IMG/VR virus record: IMGVR_UViG_3300034378_000186
Coordinates: 16,793 to 80,792 of that record
Origin: a virus
Direction: 5' to 3' (one strand)
Length of the DNA: 64,000 bases
Below, piece by piece: positions 56,488 to 64,000 of this stretch. Each line of letters opens with the position of its first letter. The first letter of the stretch is position 1. The notes below the pieces were generated by a model that saw only the letters and a list, made by a program, of their open reading frames with translations, made no database searches and was not told where the DNA came from. Made by a program: the position numbers and the translations under genes.

Positions 56488-58475
56488 AAAGAATTTATCT
56501 TGAAAATTTCCTCTCTTTTGCTGAGGAAGAATATGAATTTGATAGGGGTAAACCATTGTTAATTCAAGGGAAAAATTTTTCTAAAAAAGGGCAGGAAAGT
56601 AATGGAAGTGGAAAATCTGCACTTCAGGCAGCTTTAGAATATTCCATTATGAAAACCACCAGTAGAAAAACCAGGGATGTAGAATTGATTAGAAGGGGGT
56701 GTGATAAAGCAAAAATTGAATGCACCATTGTAGATCCTGTAAATAATGAGGAGATGATTATTCAAAGGATTATTCCTAAATCCGGTAGTTCTTCCTGTGG
56801 AATTACTATAAATGATGTTCCTGTTAAAAATTTGACCAATGTAATAGATGCAGATAAATTCATTATAAATTGGTTGGGGATAACTAAAGAAGATCTTCAG
56901 AATTATTATATCTTGAATAAAGAAAGGTATTTGTCTTTCTTTTATTCCAGTAATACTAAAAAATTGGAATTAATAAGCAGGATGTATGATTTTAGTTTTA
57001 TAAACAATTCCATTCAGGATCTTAAAGGGAAGGTTGATAATGAGGAGATTAAAAAAAGAGAAGTAGAACTGGAGATGGAGAAATTGGAAGGGAAAATTGA
57101 ATCTTTAAATGAAGCATTATCCAATATAAATAATGGTGAATTTGAGGAGAATAAAAAAGCCAGAATTGAGAAATGTAATGAGGATATTAAAAAGGCTTTG
57201 CTTTTGATTGATAAAGATAAGGCAGATATTATTGATTTGGATATTTATAAAACTGAAAAAAAGGAAGAAATTGAAAAACTTCAAGAAGAACATAAAAAAA
57301 TAGATCCTGAAAAATTTAAAGGGGACACTTCAGAAATTATAGAAAAGGCTAAAAAATTAGACGGAGAAATAAAAGGATTAAAGGAATCTATTGAAAAAAT
57401 GAATCCTACAAAAGAGGTATTTGTTCAAGAACTTAAAAAATTGAATCAAGAATTTACAGATATAGAAAAAACATTGATGGGGGTGATTGAATGTCCAAAA
57501 TGTAAAAATCAGTTTTTATTAAAAAAAGAGGGGGTTAATATTTCAGATCTAAAAGAAAGAAAAAAAGAATTAATAAAGGAGGTAAAAGAAACAGAAAAGG
57601 ATATTGATGAAACCGATGAATTGATTTTAGAATTAAAAGGTAAAAAACGGGAAAAGGAAAAAAGTTTATCAGATTGTGTGGAAGAGAAAAGAAAAATTGA
57701 GAAGAAGTATGATGATGCTGTTAGAAAGAAAAGGGATGTTTCCCATAAAATGGAAGAAATAGATTTAGAAATAAATCGAACTGAAACAAAAATAAAAGCT
57801 ATTGAAGAGAACTCAGAGAATACTAAGGAAGGGATAAAACAAATTAGGGAAAAAATTAATTTGATTGAAAATGAGGAAAATGATAATTCTCATGCTGAGT
57901 CCTTGAAAAAACAAATCAAAGAGATAAAAGTAAAACAAGACGATGAGGTAAATAAATTTCATGAAGTGAATAATGAAATAACCAGGTTAAATGTTTGGTC
58001 TTTTTATTTTCAAAAATTCAAAATGTCTCTATCAAATAAGATCTTGGATATTATTCAGACCAAAATAAATGGTTGTTTGGTGGATATGAATAGTGATATA
58101 AGATTGAAATTAGAGGGATTTAAACAGAAGGCAGATGGAACACTTAAGGAGGAAATCACCCCTATGATAATAGATAATGGAGATATTGTTTCATTTAATT
58201 CACTTTCAGGGGGTGAAAGGGCAAGGGTAGAATATTCCTGTGTTGTGGCTATTCAAGATCTTATAAATTCAACACATGAAAAAGGGGGTCTGGATATTAT
58301 ATGGACTGATGAAATTGCAGAAGGATTGGATGCTTTAGGAGTAAGAAATGTTCTTGTTTCCCTGGAAGCTTTTAATAAAACAATATTGGTTACTACTCAT
58401 ACAGCAATTGATGAATTGTATGATAATACCCTGTTAGTAAAGAATGAAAATTATATAAGTAAAATTGTAAAATAA
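56478..58475 (+). CDS. SbcC/Rad50-like ATPase
   Basis: SNGSGKS, CPKC zinc hook in coiled coil, LSGGE signature, WTDE, TTH. Confidence 0.9.
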   Translation: MFVKRIYLENFLSFAEEEYEFDRGKPLLIQGKNFSKKGQESNGSGKSALQAALEYSIMKTTSRKTRDVELIRRGCDKAKIECTIVDPVNNEEMIIQRIIPKSGSSSCGITINDVPVKNLTNVIDADKFIINWLGITKEDLQNYYILNKERYLSFFYSSNTKKLELISRMYDFSFINNSIQDLKGKVDNEEIKKREVELEMEKLEGKIESLNEALSNINNGEFEENKKARIEKCNEDIKKALLLIDKDKADIIDLDIYKTEKKEEIEKLQEEHKKIDPEKFKGDTSEIIEKAKKLDGEIKGLKESIEKMNPTKEVFVQELKKLNQEFTDIEKTLMGVIECPKCKNQFLLKKEGVNISDLKERKKELIKEVKETEKDIDETDELILELKGKKREKEKSLSDCVEEKRKIEKKYDDAVRKKRDVSHKMEEIDLEINRTETKIKAIEENSENTKEGIKQIREKINLIENEENDNSHAESLKKQIKEIKVKQDDEVNKFHEVNNEITRLNVWSFYFQKFKMSLSNKILDIIQTKINGCLVDMNSDIRLKLEGFKQKADGTLKEEITPMIIDNGDIVSFNSLSGGERARVEYSCVVAIQDLINSTHEKGGLDIIWTDEIAEGLDALGVRNVLVSLEAFNKTILVTTHTAIDELYDNTLLVKNENYISKIVK

Positions 58476-59005
58476 TGGCATACAGAATCAGAGGTGGAAT
58501 TGATGTAGGAAAAGATGGTTTTATCAGTATTAAAATTGATGACAATATTTTTTGTTATCCAATTCCTTTAATAGGAAAAGAAATTGATGTTAATAAATTA
58601 AATAAGGTTTTTGAAAGGATAAAAAATGAAATAGCTATAGTTGGAGCAGATATTCATTTTTTCTTGGAATATGCCCAAGCAATATATGGTAGTTCTGCCT
58701 CAGCCACTTTTACATTCGGTAGGGTTTATGGGTATTTGGAAGCATTTTTAGTAGCAAATCATATTCCATATACAATAGTGAAACCAAGAAAATGGCAAAG
58801 TTTTTGCTGGGAAGGAATCCCAATTCAAAAGAAACCTTCTAAATCTGGGAAAACAATGGTAAATGATACTAAAAAAATGAGTTTGATGGCCATTAAAAGA
58901 TTGATGCCTGATATGGATTTGAGGGCAAATGAAAGGTGTAAGATTCCTCATGATGGAAAGGTGGATAGTTTATTGATTATGTATTATTGTGATAAAACTA
59001 TATAA
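58475..59005 (+). CDS. RuvC-like Holliday junction resolvase
   Basis: GIDVGKDG, FLE, FTFGRVYG, PRKWQ, DGKVDSLLI. Confidence 0.85.
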   Translation: MAYRIRGGIDVGKDGFISIKIDDNIFCYPIPLIGKEIDVNKLNKVFERIKNEIAIVGADIHFFLEYAQAIYGSSASATFTFGRVYGYLEAFLVANHIPYTIVKPRKWQSFCWEGIPIQKKPSKSGKTMVNDTKKMSLMAIKRLMPDMDLRANERCKIPHDGKVDSLLIMYYCDKTI

Positions 59006-59007
59006 TC

Positions 59008-59328
59008 ATGGGAAAGTTTAATTGTAAAGATTGTGGTAAAGAAACTATATTCGATCGATACAGAACCAGTATAGTTAATGGAAATCCTGTTTATAAGGAC
59101 AAAAATGGACGGGATTTAAAGTGTAGTAGTTGTAGTAGTAGTAACTTGGAATTTATTAAAGACCCTGATGGAGGATTATGTACCAATTTTGGGAGGTTTA
59201 ATTCTATGAGTGCAGATGATAAGAAAAGGATGTTGAAGAAAAGGGCAGATGATAATTTTAAGGGAAGTGTAAAGGAACAACATGATCATATACATAAAAC
59301 TGCAGTAAAGAAAATGTTAAATAAATAG
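59008..59328 (+). CDS. Zinc-ribbon protein (FmdB-like)
   Basis: FNCKDCG...CSSCSS. Confidence 0.55.
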   Translation: MGKFNCKDCGKETIFDRYRTSIVNGNPVYKDKNGRDLKCSSCSSSNLEFIKDPDGGLCTNFGRFNSMSADDKKRMLKKRADDNFKGSVKEQHDHIHKTAVKKMLNK

Positions 59329-59330
59329 AT

Positions 59331-59630
59331 ATGGAAGATTTAGTAAAAAAGTATTATGATCAATTGGTATCTTTATCTGAATGGGGGTATCATATTGTTT
59401 TTTTCCCTGAATTGAATTTGATCTTTAATGTAAGTTTTTTTACAGCCAGTCAGGTAAGTAATTCAGTTGATTATCATAAATTGAAAGGGCAGGATATAAC
59501 CACTTATGTGGAACATTTTGAGGCCAATATTAAGGATAAACAGTTATTTGCAACAAAACTGATGTCTTTAAATACCAGGGAAATGACTTTTCACCAGAGT
59601 TATAAATTTATTAGTTTTTCAGCTATGTAA
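59331..59630 (+). CDS. Hypothetical protein
   Basis: 99-aa ORF. Confidence 0.5.
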   Translation: MEDLVKKYYDQLVSLSEWGYHIVFFPELNLIFNVSFFTASQVSNSVDYHKLKGQDITTYVEHFEANIKDKQLFATKLMSLNTREMTFHQSYKFISFSAM

Positions 59631-59646
59631 TGTTTTATTTGAATAA

Positions 59647-59716
59647 ATATAAATTGCATTTTTATTGAAAAAACTCATATATAATTTTTATATGTTAAAT
59701 AATTTATATATATTTG
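59647..59716 (+). promoter_or_regulatory. Phage promoter: ATATAAATTG + palindrome (59679-59693) + TATATTTG (59709-59716)
   Basis: Conserved motif and spacing. Confidence 0.75.
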
Positions 59717-59753
59717 TATTGGGTATTAATTCTAACAATTAAAATATACAAAA

Positions 59754-60005
59754 ATGGAAACAATTAATTGGAACATCGCAAAAACCAAATCCCATGATGC
59801 TTCTGGGATTACAAACCCTGAAAAATATGAATGGTACAACCACAGGGGTATTTATTTTCCTGTTATCAAATGTCTAAATTGTGGAAAATATCATTTTTCA
59901 AAAATCTCTTATTTGTGTCCAGATTGTGAGGAAGAGGGTTATTTTATTGATCCTGCAGGAACAATTTATTATGAAGCTCCTGAAGAATTTATAGATTTTG
60001 TTTAG
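59754..60005 (+). CDS. Small zinc-finger protein
   Basis: CLNCG...CPDC. Confidence 0.55.
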   Translation: METINWNIAKTKSHDASGITNPEKYEWYNHRGIYFPVIKCLNCGKYHFSKISYLCPDCEEEGYFIDPAGTIYYEAPEEFIDFV

Positions 60006-60043
60006 GCCTATATTTAATCAGTAATCAGTAAAACTAATATATT

Positions 60044-60445
60044 ATGGAAACAATAGAATTTGATTTCAAATATAAAATCTTTAATAAAACCCTGAAGGTT
60101 TCTCATAATAAATACAGTGGGAATTATGAGGTAGAAACTTTATTGATAATTCCAAAAGGGGAAGGATGTGTTGATAAGGTAATGAAATTATTGGAAAGGG
60201 ATAAACCTTTTGATACTAAAATAAAGAAACATGGAGGGAAATTTATGAATCTGAAATCATGTGTTTTAACAAGTTTTGGATTTGATCTGCAGAATGATAA
60301 AATCCCTGGAGAAAATTATTTTGAACTTCTTCCAATGTATTGGGAAAATGAGGATGAATTTGAGATTCAGGGTGTTTCCAGAATACCATTAACAAATCCT
60401 CCTATTGGAGATGAAAAAATAACAAGAATTAGAAAATTAAAATAA
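60044..60445 (+). CDS. Hypothetical protein
   Basis: 133-aa ORF. Confidence 0.5.
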   Translation: METIEFDFKYKIFNKTLKVSHNKYSGNYEVETLLIIPKGEGCVDKVMKLLERDKPFDTKIKKHGGKFMNLKSCVLTSFGFDLQNDKIPGENYFELLPMYWENEDEFEIQGVSRIPLTNPPIGDEKITRIRKLK

Positions 60446-60640
60446 ATGAAGTATTCAGAAGATCAAAAAGCAAAATTATCAAATGTTGTAATATTTGGGC
60501 AGGTTCCAAATGACTGGTTGGTTTATAATGCTTTTAATTACCAGTTGAACCATAATGAAAACTTCAAATCAAATGAGGTATTTAAAACTTTATATGATAG
60601 ACAGGTTTTCAATTTTGTTTCTCAGCCGGTAATGTCATAA
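60446..60640 (+). CDS. Hypothetical protein
   Basis: 64-aa ORF abutting the previous stop. Confidence 0.45.
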   Translation: MKYSEDQKAKLSNVVIFGQVPNDWLVYNAFNYQLNHNENFKSNEVFKTLYDRQVFNFVSQPVMS

Positions 60641-60665
60641 TGGGTGGTTCCATTTTGTTAAAATT

Positions 60666-60689
60666 CCAGGACTTCGGTCCTGGTTTTTT
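60666..60689 (+). terminator. Rho-independent terminator with UUCG tetraloop
   Basis: CCAGGAC-TTCG-GTCCTGG-TTTTTT. Confidence 0.9.
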
Positions 60690-60724
60690 GCATTACTACT
60701 ACTACAATTTTTAATACTAAATAT

Positions 60725-61060
60725 ATGGAAAGAAAAGATAAAAAGGAAAGGGAATTGTTTTTGAGAACAAAATCTCTAAATTCTCAGATTGAAAAAGAGA
60801 AAAAATTGGAAAATGAACTTGGAGATTTGAAAGTGGATATTGAAGAAAAAAAGAAGGAATTAAAGGATTTTATTAGTATATTAGAAGGGCAATATGAACC
60901 TAAAGATGGTCCAAATAATATATTGATAGGAGATGAATTAAATCTTTTTTTCAATTACCATAAAAATTCAGGTTCAGTGTTTGATATTGTAATTTCTAAA
61001 CAAATAAAAGTGAAAGATGAAGCCAACAAAAAGAATCCTCCAGGTAGAACAAAAAAATAG
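60725..61060 (+). CDS. Hypothetical coiled-coil protein
   Basis: 111-aa ORF. Confidence 0.5.
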   Translation: MERKDKKERELFLRTKSLNSQIEKEKKLENELGDLKVDIEEKKKELKDFISILEGQYEPKDGPNNILIGDELNLFFNYHKNSGSVFDIVISKQIKVKDEANKKNPPGRTKK

Positions 61061-62054
61061 TTTATTCAAGTTAATTAATTTGATAGGTTCCTGGAGTGCC
61101 TCAGTTTTTTCAGTGATATTTTCATTGTCAATTGTAAGGGAATATACTAAACAGGAAGATAATGTTTTACTGATTTTAGTTCTTATACTGTTTACAATAT
61201 TATTTCTGATATTCAATGAATATGTGAAGGTAAGAGAGCTGAGGAAATTATTTTCAAAAAAGGAAGGTAGTAAATTTATCATAATTGCTACCTTTATTAT
61301 TTCCCTTATTATGTCCAGTACAGGAATATATTTATGGACAAATAAAGGGAATATAATGACCAATGAAACTACTACTTTTAATGATCAGGAGACAGAGAAT
61401 ATTGTGAATAAATATGTTTCTCAAATTGACAGTTTAAGGGTTTTATCTTTTGAGGGTTCTAATGAATTCAAAAGGTTAGATCAGGAATTAGATTTCTGGA
61501 TGAATAGGAGAGCTGCAGACTTGAAAGACAGGGCTGTTATCACAGAAAATATTTCCAGGGTACAGAAAGAATTAAGTGAATACAGAAAAGATTTTGATCA
61601 GAATCAAAAGGAAAGAATCCTTCTACTACAAAACAAAAAGGATGTAGAACTAAAGAAATTGGAAGGAAATGTTAAAATTCAATCCAGAAGAATTGTAAGG
61701 CATAATTTTATTACTTGGATATTTTTGATAATGATTGTTATGACAGAATTATTGATAATATTCCTTGCTAAAGAATTCGGGTATTTCATATCTGAAGAAG
61801 AAAAATTTATGAAAAAGGATATTGTTAAAAAATTCATAATTCAATATAAAATCCTGACAGAAAATCTTCTTAAAAAGGATATGATAAATGTAAACGATGT
61901 TAAGAGTTCTGAATTCAATCCAAAGAAAGGAAATTTTGAATATATGACAAAAATTATGTCCCTTTATGTGGAATTGAATATAAATAGTGGGAAATCCCTT
62001 AAGGAAGCTCAGAAGGTGTTATGTGAATATTATGATCACTTATTAAAACTATAA
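61017..62054 (+). CDS. Membrane protein: 3 TM + coiled coil + TM
   Basis: Hydrophobic helices flanking a long helical soluble region. Confidence 0.6.
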   Translation: MKPTKRILQVEQKNSLFKLINLIGSWSASVFSVIFSLSIVREYTKQEDNVLLILVLILFTILFLIFNEYVKVRELRKLFSKKEGSKFIIIATFIISLIMSSTGIYLWTNKGNIMTNETTTFNDQETENIVNKYVSQIDSLRVLSFEGSNEFKRLDQELDFWMNRRAADLKDRAVITENISRVQKELSEYRKDFDQNQKERILLLQNKKDVELKKLEGNVKIQSRRIVRHNFITWIFLIMIVMTELLIIFLAKEFGYFISEEEKFMKKDIVKKFIIQYKILTENLLKKDMINVNDVKSSEFNPKKGNFEYMTKIMSLYVELNINSGKSLKEAQKVLCEYYDHLLKL

Positions 62055-62055
62055 T

Positions 62056-62173
62056 ATGGAAACAATAAGGGGAAGGATGTGTTGATATTGAAAATATTAG
62101 ACCCTGAGGATTTAATAAAATTTTTTAATGGATTTGATATTGTAAAAGGTTTTATTCAAAAAATAGAATTGTG
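62056..62173 (+). pseudogene. Degraded remnant related to the 5' part of ORF 60044
   Basis: ATGGAAACAATA and AAGGGGAAGGATGTGTTGATA both match the 60044 gene (60044-60055; 60156-60176) with about 100 bp deleted between them; frameshifted. Confidence 0.5.
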
Positions 62174-62395
62174 ATGGAAATAGGAGATAAAGATATTGAT
62201 CAATTAAACATGAGAGCAACTGCCAAGGGTAAGAATCTTATTGTAGATCTGGGAAATAATACTTTTGTAAGTTATATAGGATATTCCAGAAAAATCAGAA
62301 TTGTGAAGGATTCTGAGGTTAAAGAAGAATTTGAAGTTGAAGAGGGATATACAGTAAGAGAATTTGTTGAATACATTACCTGTAAAATGAGGTAA
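62174..62395 (+). CDS. Hypothetical protein
   Basis: About 73-aa ORF; last gene with phage-like composition. Confidence 0.5.
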   Translation: MEIGDKDIDQLNMRATAKGKNLIVDLGNNTFVSYIGYSRKIRIVKDSEVKEEFEVEEGYTVREFVEYITCKMR

Positions 62396-62430
62396 ATAAG
62401 GCCCTGTATTTAATTTTTATATCGGACGAG

Positions 62431-62512
62431 TGTATGGCAAGTAAGCCATGCACCAAATTTGAATTAAAACAATAACCTGACTGGCTTATTTGCTATACAT
62501 AATGTTGTGGGC
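62431..62512 (+). other. attC-like imperfect inverted repeat ending in GTTGTGGGC
   Basis: TGTATGGCAAGTAAGCCA (62431-62448) pairs with TGGCTTATTTGCTATACA (62482-62499), followed by a GTT core at 62504. Confidence 0.5.
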
Positions 62513-62667
62513 AAGTGTAGAAAAGACCACCGAACATTGATAAACAGATTAGAAAATTGAGAAAACAGAAAGAAATATAGTAGCACTGATTGAAAGATAT
62601 TGCAAGAAAAAATTAGTTTTTGCCCGCCCGCTTCTGCCCTTCGGGACAGTTGGGGAAGCCCACGCAC

Positions 62668-62730
62668 ATTGCACACATTTGCAAATCGCACAGGCTGACG
62701 CACAGACCAAAATTTGCAAAAGAGTGCAAT
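62668..62730 (+). repeat. Hairpin in hsdM leader (ATTGCAC..TTTGCAAA / TTTGCAAA..GTGCAAT)
   Basis: Nested inverted repeats in a GC-richer non-coding leader. Confidence 0.6.
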
Positions 62731-62801
62731 TTTTGCCATCGCACAGACAGAAACGGAATCTATTTCTGTAAATTTATGGCTTTAAAAAGAAAATAAAATA
62801 T

Positions 62802-64000
62802 ATGGCGAAGAAAAACGGAAACAATAACGAAGAACCTTTAGAAAAACAACTCTGGAAAGCTGCCAATAAACTAAGGAAAAACATTGATGCTGCTGAATAT
62901 AAACACGTTGTTTTAGGATTAATTTTCCTTAAGTACATCTCAGATGCATTTACAAAACTGTATAAAAAATTAGAAACCGGAGAAGGAGAATATGCTGGAG
63001 CAGACCCGGAAGATAAAGACGAATACAAGACAGAAAATGTATTTTTTGTACCTGAAAAAGCCCGATGGAATTCTTTTTTGTCAAAAGCAAAACAACCGAC
63101 AATTGGGAAATCAGTTGACGAAGCAATGGATGCCATCGAAAAAGAAAATCCTTCCTTGAAAGGAGTTTTACCAAAAGTTTATGCTCGCCAAAACCTTGAT
63201 CCAACCAGTTTAGGAGAATTGTTCGATGAAATAGGTAAAATTCAATTAAAAGCGACTAAAGAAAGAAACGGTGATGTCTTAGGTCATGTGTTTGAATACT
63301 TTCTTGGAGAATTTGCCCTTGCAGAAGGTAAACAAGGTGGGCAATTTTATACGCCCCGAAGTATTGTAGAATTGTTGATTAAAATGTTAGAACCATACCA
63401 TGGAAGGGTTTTCGACCCCTGCTGTGGTTCTGGTGGTATGTTTGTACAATCCGAAGAGTTTGTAAAGCAGCATAGTGGAAAAATCAATGACATTTCTATT
63501 TACGGACAGGAAAGTAACCAAACCACTTGGCGATTGGCAAAAATGAACCTCGCCATTCGTGGTATTGACAATTCACAAGTAAAATGGAACAACGAAGGTT
63601 CATTTTTAAATGATGCACATAAAGATTTAAAAGCCGATTACATTATTGCCAACCCACCGTTTAACGTGAGCGATTGGAGCGGTGATTTACTGCGTACTGA
63701 TGGCCGTTGGAAATATGGCACACCACCCACAGGCAATGCCAACTACGCATGGATTCAACATTTCATGTACCATTTGGCACCAAGCGGACAAGCAGGTTTC
63801 GTATTGGCCAAAGGAGCTTTGACTTCTAAAAGTGGCGGTGAAGGCGATATTAGAAAAGAACTGGTTGAAGCCAATTTAATTGATTGTATTGTAAACCTGC
63901 CTGCTAAATTGTTTCTAAACACCCAAATCCCTGCATCGCTTTGGTTTATGCGCCGGAACAGGACGAATGGCAAATTTAGAGACCGCAGTGGTGAGATTCT
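62802..64000 (+). CDS. hsdM: Type I restriction-modification methyltransferase subunit M, truncated by window end (absent from ORF track)
   Basis: [69 protein letters not shown]. Confidence 0.95.
   Translation, partial: MAKKNGNNNEEPLEKQLWKAANKLRKNIDAAEYKHVVLGLIFLKYISDAFTKLYKKLETGEGEYAGADPEDKDEYKTENVFFVPEKARWNSFLSKAKQPTIGKSVDEAMDAIEKENPSLKGVLPKVYARQNLDPTSLGELFDEIGKIQLKATKERNGDVLGHVFEYFLGEFALAEGKQGGQFYTPRSIVELLIKMLEPYHGRVFDPCCGSGGMFVQSEEFVKQHSGKINDISIYGQESNQTTWRLAKMNLAIRGIDNSQVKWNNEGSFLNDAHKDLKADYIIANPPFNVSDWSGDLLRTDGRWKYGTPPTGNANYAWIQHFMYHLAPSGQAGFVLAKGALTSKSGGEGDIRKELVEANLIDCIVNLPAKLFLNTQIPASLWFMRRNRTNGKFRDRSGEI

Noticed and set aside
1718-61363. Other 60-140 aa ORFs nested within or antisense to long genes
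   Set aside because: Fully overlapped by well-supported genes, with no motifs; expected by chance.
62464-63973. Minus-strand ORFs at the right edge
   Set aside because: They are shadows of the plus-strand hsdM and its leader.
1-64000. Alternative genetic code, tRNA or rRNA genes
   Set aside because: Standard-code ORFs tile the window densely and TAA, TAG and TGA all act as stops; no cloverleaf or rRNA-like stretch was recognised by eye (tRNAscan not run).

Overview
The window is a contiguous, almost entirely + strand segment of a large AT-rich (roughly 25-30% GC by eye) contractile-tailed phage. The host is most likely Bacteroidota, judging by TAnnTTTG -7 promoters, A-rich leaders without Shine-Dalgarno sites, and signal peptides ending in A/G-Q. 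Gene order: putative head cargo proteins, prohead protease, scaffold, SPO1/Twort-type major capsid and neck genes (1-10.6 kb); an inserted cluster of signal-peptide-bearing fibre/adhesin-like genes plus lysis genes (10.6-20.8 kb); tail sheath, tube, tape measure and baseplate (21-39.4 kb); a replication/recombination block with DEDDh exonuclease, terminase, helicase, primase, DnaE, SSB, SbcD, RecA, SbcC and resolvase (39.5-59 kb); small genes; then an attC-like hairpin and a truncated type I R-M hsdM at the right edge. The most striking content is five IS200/IS605-family (TnpB) insertions from two families, whose ends and empty sites can be reconstructed by eye. They are: (i) a TnpB element whose RuvC-I catalytic motif is split by an antisense, self-promoted GIY-YIG homing endonuclease that leaves the TnpB frame open; (ii) an intact TnpB element inserted just before a start codon; (iii) a 214-bp protein-less promoter plus omegaRNA cassette; and (iv) two 51-bp minimal elements. 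Each larger insertion is crossed by an ORF in the operon direction, suggesting selection against polarity. Other notable items: a baseplate hub fused to an OmpA-like domain, a portal-fragment/dUTPase-tail chimera, a probable protease-processed Nudix-ATPase polyprotein, and a palindromic operator in phage promoters. All annotations come from motif recognition only; no database search was run.
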